DNA from: Trichosphaerium sp. ATCC 40318
Lineage: Eukaryota; Protista; Tubulinea
NCBI GenBank assembly: GCA_038496445.1
Contig: JALMLS010000426.1
Span: 1-52,930, forward strand
DNA length: 52,930 bases
Direction of reading: 5' to 3'
Notes under the pieces: model-generated
Databases searched by the model: none
Seen by the model: only the letters and a program-made list of their open reading frames with translations
What the model was told of the DNA's origin: nothing
In this document: one piece after another, positions 13,294-26,297 of the stretch
Layout of the letters: every line of letters begins with the position of its first letter
Position numbering within the stretch: position 1 is the stretch's first letter
Position numbers and translations under genes: made by a program

Positions 13294-15098
13294 ATGCTGT
13301 TATCCGCCTGGGCTGTTTTCTTTGCATGTATTTATATTGTATCATCCAATGTTATCTTATATCATAATGGTACGCTGTTTGAAGCTTGTAGGAACAGACT
13401 AAAAGCGTCACGTGTCAGTTGTTGTTATTTTTGTGACGGACGAATGTTTTACTAATAATATTACCTAGGCACGAGTGTAGAGCATGTCGGCGTACCATAT
13501 TTCTTTGGGAGAAACTCCAAGTATGACTTTGAAGCTTTCAACGCTTCTTTGGTAGTACCACGTGATGGGATGAACCTAACAGGTACGTTAAGCTCCCGGA
13601 ATAATTTACACGAGTTTTTCAAACTCCAAACGTCATGAATCACGACAATGGTCTTATAATAGCGTCATAACCTGACAACAACTCGCGGCTGATACAAACT
13701 TTAGGAAAAGCTGTTTTAGGAATATTTCCGGACGACAGAAAACTGTATCGGGAATGGGTATCTCAAGGTATTATTGGTATTGTAGAGTATTACGAAACGA
13801 ATTTTGATATTCAAATCGGAAATGCAAACTACATTAAGATGTATGGTGGTGAGTGAAATTCACACGAATTACATTTTGTGTATTCTTCTTTCTTTTTTTG
13901 TGCTTATTTCTTACTAAAGACGCTTTGAAAAACTTGGGTGTTACGATCATAGGTCAACGTGTATTCGATTCAGTGGCTGATGGAACTATAGTCACATTTG
14001 TGAACGCTGAAAATGTTTGGTATGAGACATTTCAGAGCCCATGGCTAATAGGCACGTGATTTATTTTTAATGTCGTAGTCCCGATTTGTGCGTTTTATTT
14101 CTTATTGGTAATAGTCGCTCATGTTTTTTGGGTTATAACTACTGGTATATCGTTGGCGGTTTCTGTCATTAGGCAAGTCTTGGGATTTCATAAACAAGAT
14201 CTAAAACGATCCACGTATCCGTCGCTGAAGCTAAAATATAAATTTAGGTTTGCACAATTTGTCGCTATTGATGGCTTACGTGCAACCATGCCCAAGGTAG
14301 CTATTGGCATAGAAATACTTGGGAACTTATTGAGACTTTTGTGGCTGATACCTGACCCTCTCGGATACTTATTCATTGTTCCAGGATGGTACAAAAAAAA
14401 CAAGGGTTTTTGACTTCTTATTCGTACAATTCAGGTACGTTGAAGTATTCAAGGCGTATCATACCGTTTTTGCCAACATGACAAATCTCTTGATCGTTCT
14501 TTATTGGCATGAGTCAATGATAAATCTCAAACTTGAAGCTACACCATATCTCACCAAACTGGCTATCCCGTTTTATGGTATTTCAATTTTCCTTATTGCA
14601 CTCGAGACTGCATTCTCTGCTGCCCGCATAGCTCTTTTTCCGTTCCCTGAATATGTGTACACGCTTTATTGTACGGCTGCGTTTTATACAATAATTGGTA
14701 CCTCGATAAACATATACCTATCAGTGGTTGTGTACAAACTTATAAAGCGACTTCGTCAATGTACACAAAAAGACGAATCACGTGGTATGATAAAAAGATT
14801 ATTGTTGCGTGTCACGATTACAATAGTTCTAATGGGACTTATCGGTATCTCTGCAATGCATTACATATTTAACAGAATAGTTGACGCCAATCCAGTTCTC
14901 CAGATAGTGAATTGGGTCGTTGTCTTTTCCATGTTCAACTTGTTATCAATAACACAATCTATGAGTTTTATTCCTCGAAGAGACCCCCACAAGAGAAGAC
15001 ACGCCAGTAAGAAATCTAGCACTGCTTCATGTGACGACAGTAGTAAAGATATAAGTATGAAACTTCAGAATGTAAAAAGTGTAGAAAGCAGGGTCTAG
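13294..15098 (+). CDS. Multi-pass (about 7 TM) membrane protein with signal peptide and extracellular N-terminal domain
   Basis: Signal peptide, soluble exons, then successive hydrophobic helices and a charged tail. Confidence 0.65.
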
Positions 15099-15500
15099 GC
15101 CTCTAAAGGTAATAAATAACATAATGTACAACTAAGTGACAGACGTTTTAATTTGAACAACTTTTCCGTTTCAGGTTTTCCTTTTATCCTTGTGTACGCG
15201 AGAAACTAAGTAATATCGCATACTCTATATATCTGATATACCTTCATACATGCTGTGTCGCGGCAGGCAGCGTGTTGTAGTAAGTAAGACTCACATGTTG
15301 CGAACGGTTTCGGTTTAATAACAACTGCACAACTTATAAAAGGCTATCCAAATATAAGTAGTACGTACCTTAAGCAAGATAAGATCTGCAACAAAACAAT
15401 TGATGTTAACTGACCAAGTTTGACACCGTGATAAGTTTATTTAATAGGTAGGTGAAAAAAAAACAATATTTACATGGTATTTATCAATCTATTTTACAAG

Positions 15501-17937
15501 CTAGGAAAACTGCTGACCAATTGGTTTTCCCTCATCATATGTGGCATTATTCACATCTTCAGCAGTAACAGCCTTAATGTTACTCCATGTAAACTTCTCA
15601 TCAAACCACGCTCCAAGTTTATCATAGTCTGGTTTTTGAGCATATGCCATAGGCACTTTGAAATGAGGTAGTAAATTATCCCAATTCATACTAATCATCT
15701 TTTGTGCAGCAGAACTACGGTGTGGATCTTTATCCCAATCAATTTGTTCGAATGGTTCAATAAAACACTCAATACGAGCATGCCTTGGCAGTGTCAAGTA
15801 TGCATACATCTTGACAAGGGATACGAGATCATGCCATGGTTGTGGAGTAAATGTGGCATTGCGTTTGTATTCGATACACAATTTTGAAGGTGCAAACAGA
15901 ACGTTGCCTCGAAACGGAACTTCCACGCCTTTTTTGGCAGCGCATGCCCAGTCAATAATATACAACTCATTTTCAAACCATATCACGTTTGTAAGGGATA
16001 TCCCTGAAAGAGAAAAGAGTTAAGAAAACGAGGACATAACTCCAAAGTAAAGAAAAGAAGAAGAAAGAAAAAAAGTGGTACCTGTGTACAAATCCTAAAT
16101 TATGCGCAACCTTTAGTGTCTTAACAAGAGACGAAAATGAGCACACAAGACCTGTAATAGAAAATTCATCTGCACTGAGCACTTGACCCACAGGTTCAGA
16201 TACGAAAAATATCTTGTTAGGGTTCTGGTAACAATGTCAGTACAAGGGTACAACAACAAAGAAGAAGAAACTGAGTAGTGTCAAACGCAAAGTACAACAA
16301 CAAAGAACAACAAGGAAAATAAGTCAAGATGCACGTACAAAGAAAAAAAAGTCACGTTAAGCTGGTGAAACCATCACATTGGTCCAAGTTTTGCTGGTTC
16401 GAACCCTTTGGATTGTCCCACAACCAACTTCACCTCCCATGGTACTATAATCTGATAGGATGTTGGCAAGGTAATACCAAGGTTTCTAGGTGCCAGGAGA
16501 ATATCTGGTTTAGCAAATCCGTGTGTAGTTGTCCTTGGAAATGTGTGGTTACTTTTGGCATCAAAAGCCATCATGTAATCAGACGTATTCTCCTCGTTCA
16601 ACAGTTTAACAGTTTGCTCAGTAAGGTAGTCTTCCTTTTGTTGCCAGGTTTTCTTGGGTTCATCTTTGGTTTTCTTGGCAGTTAATTTCTTGAACATCTT
16701 TGCGAACACGTTTTTAGGCAGTCCGCGAAAATACTTTAAACTTGAACCGTCGAACCATGACTTCTCCTTGAATAGTATATCTCCAAGGTCGTCGAATTTA
16801 CTGTACAGTTCTGAGTACTCTAAAATAAAAAATAAACGTGTGAGTGTCGTTTGAGTACACGTGTTAAAATAAAAACAAAAAAAAAAAGAGCGAACTAAGT
16901 TCATACTCATTATTGAGAGAGAATGAAGGTGGTCCTTTCGGAGTCTTATTAATGCAATTGCAATGCCATGTTCTTTTAGTAGTGCGTCTCTTTCAGCATC
17001 TTTTGCGTCCCTTTCAGCATCTTTCGCTTTCAATTTTCGAATCTCGCTCATAAAAATTACTTCCATGCTCTTTTCTTGTTCATAACCCTCATTTGTGACT
17101 ACCACCTGTCGAAGGCGCTTAGATTTGATAGTTTCTGGAGAATCGGACCGGTGCGTTGTATGATATTGAATCAGTTGAGCTTCCACTTGACCGCCTACTA
17201 ACAGATATGTTCGGTGGAGATGCGATTGTACCAGTGGATCTCGAGGCTTTTTGTTTACTTGTGGCATGTGTAGAAGAACCTGGTGTCTTACGAGTTCGTT
17301 TTATTTTTATGATTCGTCGACCTTTGCGTCTTTTTTTTACCTTACCGGCAAGAGGCCGGGAAGTTGGGGTAGATGCCTTGCTTCCCCTTGGTCGAATAGC
17401 CGGTTTGGGTACTACAGTGCATTGGTTAGGAGCAACACAATAAGTAATTCAAGGTATTTTTTTGAACCGTTTTTTCAAAACGCGCGGCTAGTTTGAAAAA
17501 TACGCGCGTAAAAAAGCGTACGTTTATACTTTGTTAAGAGGCTAACGGCCAACTGTGCCTTTACCTTTTTACCAATTGGCACGTCAAGGCTTCTACATAA
17601 ATCCTTTAATTCTGGCACCTTCAAACGCTTCAATTGGACTAGAATAGCGGTTATTGATGAATTAGTCATTTTCAGCAAAAAAAAAGTACTAAAAGGCTAC
17701 CGTACGGGTTTTAGGATGCTGTTCAATTGTATTTACTAATTGTTGAGTGGTACGACCTTTTGTACTCAACTTTAGAGCAGAACAAATGGCGCGCAGCTCC
17801 CTTTTCGGAAATTTAGTCATCACTGACGCCACTGTCAACTGCTTTTGCTTTTTTGGTGCCCTTCTAGTGGATAGTGGCGCCTTTGGGGCTTTGCGCTTAT
17901 TTGACGCTTTCTTACGACCTCCCCTCAGGTTGGACAT
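15501..17937 (-). pseudogene. SAP-like x2 / PD-(D/E)xK nuclease-like / kinase-like (Crinkler/FunK1-type) gene, frame-disrupted
   Basis: ELRAICSALKLSTKG and LKVPELKDLCRSLDV SAP-like motifs; KPDILL...WEVK; VHRDI, IIDW and HDLVSLV kinase motifs; frameshift near 15995 and stop at 16374. Confidence 0.6.
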
Positions 17938-18163
17938 TATCGTTCCCCTTTTGGGCTCGTTTGAGTTGCGTCAGGTCATAGTGTTGTTTCGCTAAAAATA
18001 ATGACTTAAAATCCAATCCCGCTAAGCCAAACACTTGTGAACAGGACTTCGAATTTCTTCTTAAGGCTGGAAAGGTAAAAACGACGCGAAAGTTAAAAAT
18101 GCTGGTAAAATAGAATTCAAAAATGTCAGGCTTGGTAAAACGTTCTAATTTTCAAATCACGTG

Positions 18164-18990
18164 ATGGCTAAAAAAGTATGTGTTTACAATAAAACTCTCG
18201 TGCAGATCACCCTCTTACACTTTTCTAGGTGACAGATCTTCCATTGGAGATAATTATCTTTATCCTGGAGTTTACAAGAGTAGACAGATACGCTGTAGCT
18301 CAGAGTTGCTGGTTTTTTTCGAATATTATCCATTATTACCTTGGATACGATACAATAGCCGTTAAATCCACGGAATCGTTTAAGCGTATTAGTGGTTATA
18401 CTCTGCGAAGAACTAGGGTTATCTGTAAGGACTATGAAGTTAAAAACAGCGATATCAAATTTTTATCTGGTGTTCACTCTTTAGACCTTAGCTGGTGCGA
18501 AAATATCAATTTAGGATTACAAGCTCTCTCTGGTGTTCATAAAATCTTCTTAAAGAACTGTACTCGTTTAACAGATGATGCTGTAAAGAGCCTAGCAGGT
18601 GTACATACTATTGATATCAGAGGATGTGTAAATATTTCTGATGAAGGTGTCAAGGCTTTAGCGGGTGTTCACACTTTTGGATGTGCCATGTGTTATAAGA
18701 TTACAGACTCAGGCATCAAAGCAATATCAGGCGCTCATGATATTGATATCAGCTTTACTCAGGTTACAGATGAAGGTATTAAATCTATTATTGGTGTACA
18801 TACGATTTGTTTGATTGGATGCAAAAATATCACTGATGCAGGTATTTCTTACTTGTGCGGAGTTCATACTATTGATGTTACAGAGTGTGATCAAGTAACT
18901 ATTGAAGGTATAAAGAAGCTTAGTAGCTCACATGCAGTGTTTTGGGGTGGAAAAAACCTGAATAGGTTTAGACTAAGAACGTCATTTTAA
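18164..18990 (+). CDS. F-box/LRR protein
   Basis: MAKK|VTDLPLEIIIFILEF F-box followed by about 22-aa repeats (GVHTIDIRGCVNISDEGVKALA). Confidence 0.85.
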
Positions 18991-19174
18991 AAAACCAAAT
19001 TACTGTGTTGTTAGTATTAATAGAACTAGAATTGTATTGTAGTATGTGATGACTTAACGTCTTTTATCAAATTATATATGACGGGTTTAGTTAGGAATAA
19101 ATGAGTCAAGACAATATCATGAGACAGACAACATTGTCATACTTAGCAATTTTCAATATCTTGTCAAAAAAAAA

Positions 19175-19260
19175 TGCAGAGTGGGACTCGAACCCACACG
19201 TGGTTACACACCACACTGCGTCCTTAACACAGCCTCATTATCCAATTCGAGCACCTCTGC
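19175..19260 (-). tRNA. tRNA-Leu(AAG), copy A (2-nt deletion in the acceptor 3' strand; possible pseudogene)
   Basis: Cloverleaf with CTGTG-TTAAGGA-CGCAG arm, long variable arm, GTGGG-TTCGAGT-CCCAC T arm, and an oligo-T terminator. Confidence 0.8.
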
Positions 19261-19268
19261 AAGGTGTA

Positions 19269-19339
19269 TGGGTCAACCAGGAATCGAACCTGAACTGTAG
19301 CACCTTCAATGCCATGTGCTTCCGTTACACCATTGACCC
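19269..19339 (-). tRNA. tRNA with GAA (Phe) anticodon, copy A
   Basis: GGGTCAA/TTGACCC acceptor, GTGT/GCAC D stem, TGGCA-TTGAAGG-TGCTA, TCAGG-TTCGATT-CCTGG. Confidence 0.8.
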
Positions 19340-19686
19340 TTCATTTCAATAGATTTATAAGTTAGGTTCCAACCCGTCATGCCTTAAACCATTAGAATGG
19401 CATAGTAGTAATCTACTTAATTTATTTGATTTCAAATGGGACACTGTATAGTTTGTATACAGAAGTTGCAATAATTACTTGACAAAAACTTTGATGAAAA
19501 AAACGTGATAAGCTGCACATCAGAAAAACTGTGCCAACGTATAAAAATATCTGTGAAGTTAAGTAACCAAGTATCAACGAAATTGAGGTTACTTTCAATA
19601 ACCTTATTTATTAACAAGACAAGGTTGCTTGTAGTTATGATTGGTTTTTTTTGTTGTTGGTCAAATTAAAGTACAATTTTTTTAAA

Positions 19687-21539
19687 TTACTCGTCATCAC
19701 TATTTACATCAAGGTCATCGAAATTATTATTAATATCTTCAATTGATCCATTTGAAGAAGCATCGTCAGAATCCGAACCAAGCTCATCTTCTATATCTAA
19801 TGGAAAACGAAGAATCGCAGCAACGCCCGTAAATTTTGCCAGTTCTAAACAAAAACCAAAAGAATTAGCCAAAGAATCCATCAAAGGTACTTAAAAACAA
19901 CAAATTTTGTTGCTAATATAATAGTAGAAAATGATATTGTGTTGTTTTAGTAAATGTATGCCGTGTATCGGCCTGTTTTTTTTGCAAATGTCATCACGTG
20001 TTCTGTTGAGCTTCTTTCAAAAAAAACGTTTTCGTACGTTCACCAGATACATGCGCGCTTGAGAATATCAAAACATTCACACCATTTTTCTTTGCTTGTG
20101 CTACAAGGTCTATATACGACTTCCTTGTCTTGACATTCATAGATCGGAATAGGTTGTCTGAAACCATCAAGGTTTTAATCGCACTGTTTTCAGCAGCGAA
20201 TCTAACATGTTTAGGGCCGTATGCTGCTCTGTTTGGTTCTTTTTTGAGTGTATCAAGGAACTCTGCCATTGCTAGAACCTCTGATGCTGCTTTTGTATCT
20301 TGAAGTTGAGATAGGACTGCTTTATCAGCAAGGACTTCTTTTAATGCGTGTTTGTGGCCTGTACTCGCGTAGGCGCGCATGAATTTTGCCTTGTTCTCTA
20401 TGAGAGAGCGTTCTTCGTTACGTATAGCTTTAGCGAAAATATGATCATAAACTTGGTCCTAGCCAAAGTCTTAGAAAACGAAATAATAGGTACCAAAAAA
20501 AAAAGAAATTTTTTTGAGGAGCTAACTGCTATGTTGGTTTACCTTCCAATATCCTGGTGACGCAATAACGATTGCCTTGACTACTGCAAAATCAATATGT
20601 CGTATAACATTCTCGTAAATAGTGTCAAAGAATCTACAAGAATGTCAGTCTCTTCAACGTTCACTTTTGATTTGATTGTCACAAAAAAAATGTTATAACA
20701 CCTCATTCATACCTCACTAGCGCTTTATCATGTGACGAACTTGATCCTTTACGCTTTCTTGGTATCGCTGCTGTAATATGCGCCCGTACAATGGACATTT
20801 GATCGGTGATCAACACAATATTACATAAACCTTCCTATACCTCTTTTAAATACGATAAACATGGTTTTCACCGCTAAGAATTACCTGTAACAGAACAGCA
20901 GCAACTTGTGCGCTTTTTGTAGGGTCAGCAGCGGTTTTAAGGCGATCAAGAGATACAGAATCCCACTCGTGTTTGTAAATAGAGAATTTCTTCATCACTG
21001 TTATCTCGAGGGTATGGTATTGTCCCATCTAGTGATTTTAGTTAGGTGTCAAGGACAAGGTGTTTCTTTTGTCATTTTTTTTTTTTGCAAAAGCCGATGC
21101 GAATGCTACGTTTGTGTTTTTGTACGTAAGTATAGGCGTGAAGAGCAATAAAAAAGCGAAATACGCACGCGAACGAATTTGTTCTCTTGGACATTCTTCC
21201 CGCTTACTTTAATCACGCCACCTTCTCCGTCAAAATTAATGGCTGTTACCTGGGGATTGTAAGGGAACGAATGCTATGGATAATGTTGCGTACTTCGATC
21301 ATTAGCGCTATTTTCTTTCTGTCGGAGCTAGTACTACCGGTGGTACTCTCTTTTATAATCTTTCTATTCAATTATTAATCCTACGCGTTTCTAAAGCTTC
21401 CATACCTCACAGTTACGCTTCTTACACGGTCTCCAATATTTATAAGGTTGTATACATGCCACAAGTCTTCATTCTCGACTGGAAGCATAAACACGAAGCC
21501 TTCGCCTCGTTTATCAATTTCTCTCTTCAGAATCTTCAT
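19687..21539 (-). CDS. PELO: Pelota/Dom34 ribosome-rescue factor
   Basis: EDLWHVYNLINIGDRVRSVTVR, MGQYHTLE, STGHKHALKEVL, RAAYGPKHV and GVAAILRFP. Confidence 0.95.
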
Positions 21540-21687
21540 TGTGTGCAGATAACAGTAATCTCTGAAAATGTGTTGACGAACAGAAAAAAGAAAAAAATTC
21601 AATGATTTTCTAGACTTGTTTATTGCTATCAATTATAATCTTATTTACATTTGTTCTATCTGACGATAAACCACGTGGTATTTTTCG

Positions 21688-23589
21688 TCAGTCTGATTCA
21701 TAGTTTAGGGCTTGTTCATTGTCGCTTTCTGCTTCATCAAGAGCTAACTCTTCCTCGTTATAACGAGGTGAATCTCTTGAGAATACAATATCTCCTGCGT
21801 GGTTAATAACTTCTAAGCGGAAAGGTTCAACGTCTTCATCTTCTTCGTCTTCGTCTTCCTCGTTTTCTTCGTTATCAGCGTTAGCTTCGTTATCAGTAAG
21901 CCCACCATAATGCCCGTCTTCCTCTTCATTCATAAAAAATGGCTCTTCATCACTTGAAAGCTCACGAAGAGAAAAAGGATCGTCATCATCAGAAGAACTA
22001 TCATCATCAACTGAAAAACTTTGTTCTTCGTCTGATGCACTATCTTTATCTTCTAAAGAAATATTATCAGCATCAGAAATATCTGACTCTAGCATCTTTG
22101 ATGCCACGCGATCAAAAGCGCCAAGCTCTCTAAAGAAAAAAACGGTAAGAATAAAATAAGAAAATAAAGTAGACACAAACGTTGTTACTAAAAACGCTAC
22201 GTACTCCTCTTGATTGACTAATAGTTTGTGCGTGTATTTCTTAATTAATATCCTCTTTACAAGAAGGTAAGTAGCAACTATAATTCCTAAAAGAGATTAT
22301 TAAGGTTTGCCAAGGCGCCTTTACATTAATGTTATCTTACCTGTAATTGCTGCAATACCAAGAATACAGAGTAATGCAATAGCTGGAATATTGAACATAA
22401 CAATAGAAGCTACTACTAGTAAAACAAGTAGAATACGTAGTACAAACTGCGTGTCTATTCTGTGGTGTAGGAAGTTGCCAACAATGAGACCAATCTACAG
22501 AATATATGTAAGAAAATTTCAGAAGGCTTGAGCACTGGTACCCATGCGAAAACAGCAAGTATGACATATTGCGGCCAATCTTCTACTTTGAATTGTTTCT
22601 TGTATGCGAGCAAGTAAACATCAACAGCAATACAAGTAAGTATCCCAAGGGCTGATACAACTGCTCGAATTACAGTTTTGTCAAGTTGAAACAAAATTAC
22701 GAAAATCATCAATGGTGGACCACCAGGACCAGCAATACCTTTAAAAAACAGTCAGTTACACTAATTTATTACCGTAAACAAGGAAAAGTTCTAGGTTCGG
22801 ATGTGAATGCGATATTACCTCTTAAAAATCCACTGGCACATGAAGTAATAACTGCTCTACAGCACTGTTAGATGAAGCTAAGAATATAGAGCATATAAAA
22901 CCCAAAGCTTGAACACGTACGCAATACACATGGTGAGAGTAATACCATTTTCTAAAGTGTCATTTTTTAATTCTTTTGGGAACATCCTTGCGAACACTTG
23001 TTGTATTTTTGTTGGCGCTACGCCATACGATGACGTCTCAAGTTTAAAATACTCCCTGAATTTGGTGCCCAAGTGCGTTCTGTTCACGTCTATCAAAATG
23101 CGGTATATAGTGAATAGGATGAACATAACACCTTTGAAGTGTAGTTAGTGTATTGTAACGGTACATAATTTACAAACGCACCCAAGGAAATTCGTAAAGC
23201 TAACGGAGGTGTTTTAAGTAGTGTATAAGCGCCTAGGAGGCTAAATATGACGATACCAGGCATCAAGGAAGCCCATAATTTCCATTTTACTTTTTTAAAC
23301 ACTAGAGCGAACAGGAGTATACTCCCACTTGTCCCCATTATATTGTACCTGAGAAAGTAAGTTGGAAACGCGTTTTTCTGAAAACACAAACTAACCAAAC
23401 AACAAGTTGAACCATGTCGCCCCGATGCTTTGTATCAAAAAACAACCACCATATCTGCCATAGAACGTGAAATAGGATCGCTTGACCAAACCCAGTTGTG
23501 CCGGCGCTAACGTTGCACAAAAACGCCGTTACCGCTGGGAGAACGTAGTTTAACCATTCTGCTTTGTAGTCCGCTATCGTATGCGACAT
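21688..23589 (-). CDS. TauE/SafE (sulfite exporter family) membrane protein with acidic tail
   Basis: AGTTGFGQAIL and GIAGPGGPPLMIF repeats, many TM helices, Asp/Glu-rich C-terminus. Confidence 0.7.
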
Positions 23590-23821
23590 TGCATGCGAGT
23601 TGAATATCAAATACGTTGAAACGACGAAACTTCGCAAGAATTTCAGAAAAACAAAGTTTGCGCGATCGACAAGTTGGGAAAAGTACGAAGTACGCTGGGT
23701 TGTGGTGTAGAAAAGTCGACGGCTGTCATTGCAAACAGTATTGACTTTTTTTGTCAAAAACAATCACAACACGTTCAACCAAGATTAATCCACCTCAGTT
23801 GCACGACAACATCACATAGAA

Positions 23822-24414
23822 ATGTCATCCTCGCCAACTACATCAAAACTAGCACGAACGAAGAAAGCGCGGCAAATAGTTCGCAATTATAACTTAAAAG
23901 CAATACAGGCACGTATAAAAGCGCGCAGGATGTAATACTTCCTCTATGCTCTGCGGTCGGTTAACCAGATCGCGACGGACCATTTGGGAAGTGTAAATCA
24001 AGCGCAGTACCCTCACGCGTGCAGGGAGCTATGCTCTGCGGTCGGTTACCAAGACTGCTTTAGACCACTCCCGACGCGTCAAAGGGTCGCTGTCTTTTGT
24101 ACAAGGTGTATTTATACACGGCTTACGCGTGTTTTTAGGATAGTTACGACGAAGCGATGGTTGATCTTGCCCTTAAATTGCTTAAAGCAGAGGAAAAGAA
24201 CAGTTCGCTCACAGGTATAAAGAGAAAGTACGATCGCGCGGTTGAGGACTTGGAAAAAGAAAAGGCAGAAAGTGCGAAACTAAGGAAAGTTCTAGCTCAA
24301 GTTGGCGGTCTAACGAAGTGTTATGCCGTTCCTTCAACAGCAGCCTCAGCTGCTGATGAGGTTTTACTTATTTCACCTGTGCCTGATAGGCGAGAACGTG
24401 AACATACATCCTAG
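23822..24414 (+). CDS. Small coiled-coil protein, two exons (23822-23908, 24139-24414)
   Basis: An 87-nt first exon joins in frame (..KAIQ|DSYDEAMVDL..) across a 230-nt GC-AG intron. Confidence 0.6.
23936..24079 (+). ncRNA. Candidate intronic structured RNA: two tandem covarying hairpins
   Basis: Identical 20-mer CTATGCTCTGCGGTCGGTTA at 23944 and 24029, with different but pairing-preserving 3' arms. Confidence 0.55.
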
Positions 24415-25284
24415 TTTGGTAAGTAACTTTTAGTAAGCGAAAAATATGTTGTGCATCATTTTTACATCTTTGTAGCGATACTGGGAAGAGTTATCAATAC
24501 AAAAGGGAGTAGTCATTGTCTCATAGCAGTTGAACTACGAGAGAACTTGAAGAGGGAACACCACAGAAAAGATAATAATTATTGTTGTACCACTAGTATA
24601 AAATGTATTTTAGGCTTACCAGTATCTGCTTATTACTCAAGCAATGGGCTATTCCAATGAACGCTCTTGTTGGACGCAAAGTGTCAAAGTTTATTGCCAA
24701 GACCTTTTCGACTTCAAGAACTGTATGTGAAAATACCGCCGTTTGCACCACTACCCGTTCGGTAAGAAGTTAGCAACTTTTATTAACTTCTTTCTTTTAA
24801 TTGATCAATCACAAATGTTTGTCAATATGTATTAAAATATCAGGTACCTTCCAAGCTGCTAAAGCATACATAGCATACTGGTACTCACAATATAAACCCT
24901 GGTACTCAAAGCGTTACCCTTGCAACTTGTTGCTTTTTTTATACGTTTATAGTGTGTTTGATAAGCTTTCCAAAATAATAGCTGTATTGGGATAGAACGA
25001 CCTATTTAATTAATTGAAGTTTTAGCGTTTTTTGAATAAGTCGATGAATTGGTACACGCTTCACAACTTAGTATTACAGCGTGCAATTAATCTAATTACT
25101 CCTGCCATTTATATTGCATGATACTAATCAAGAATAGATTAATACCCTATTAATACTGTTTTAAACTAGGTTATGCTTTTAGGATGAAAGTCAAAATAGA
25201 TTGCGCTTTATTTAGTTAAGTGACGGTCGAACAATATTTTAAGGAAATCACTATTTTTACTCGCTTGCAAGCAGTTTACAACAA

Positions 25285-26032
25285 ATGGATGAAAATGCCT
25301 CTCGTTTGAGTACTACACCACCTGGTAGATCAAAAGTAAGTCCGTCTACAACGAAACAACTACTAATTCTAAATTAGAGACCGGTAAAGCAACTTCCTAA
25401 AGTCCTCAGGTACAGGAACAACAGTAACAGGCGCCAATCAATTGTTTTAAACGAAATTACGAACTCGCCACCAGTAAGACGCGTCAACGTGTTAAAAATT
25501 GTCGTCACTGATCTCCTCATAGTCCCACAACGGTCACCACTACTCTACAACAAGACGCGAAAAGTTGTCAAAAAAAGACTCATTGTACATTGAGGCACGA
25601 ACATTTCTCAAAATGAGACAAAGAAAGCAACAACCTAATATTGTGTTCCACTAGGTAGCAGACCGTGAGACAATTTTAACGGGCCTAGAGAACGCTATCT
25701 CCAACATTGACCAAGAATTAATTTCATACAATTCGTTGTTAATGTCTTCTCAGTCTGACACTATGAATAGCATGGATAGAGTCGCATACGTCATGAAGAG
25801 GTACGATAAACTTTCAAAACGTTCTCAGAGTTGATGACTTAATCGTACAATCAATAGAAGAAATGATAAACTTAAGAAAGATAAAAAGAAATGGAAATCT
25901 AAGCTTGATGAAGTTTCAAAGGCTTTAGATGATGTCATTACAAGAGACTGGAGGCTATGCATTAATAATATGCAAAACCAGCAGTGGTTCTATGACTACG
26001 AAAAGAAAGAGCAAAGCGAATTTAAACACTAA
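25285..26032 (+). CDS. Hypothetical coiled-coil protein, multi-exon
   Basis: Short exons splice into a continuous frame (MDENASRLST...QSEFKH*); not shown in the ORF track. Confidence 0.55.
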
Positions 26033-26297
26033 AGTGTTTTGAACGAAAAATGCAAGCTGCTTTTTTGGCTCTACGCGGCCATTGTACAAAATATAATCAA
26101 ATTCTGATATGTTACTGACTCACATACACGTGTTTATGTGTTTGTGAGTTACTTTATTGAATCATTAGTTATTTAGTATTAATGCGACTAAGATCGCACA
26201 AGTTGAACAACGTAACGTTGTTTAAACAATGCAAATTTTTTTTGTACACAAATAACATATTGTGCACTTATTTTTGAGTATATTAAGTACTCTTTAG

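Noticed and set aside
19300-19312. TCA triplet suggesting tRNA-Sec
   Set aside because: The tRNA is on the opposite strand (anticodon GAA) and lacks the long acceptor and variable arms of tRNA-Sec
23936-24079. HDV-like, twister or hammerhead ribozyme, CRISPR repeat, or a definite H/ACA snoRNA
   Set aside because: No catalytic consensus, too little room for HDV P3/L3, only two copies, and no correctly placed ACA box; kept as an unclassified structured RNA
24450-25000. Exon-like fragments on the minus strand
   Set aside because: Could not be assembled into a continuous frame or a recognisable product
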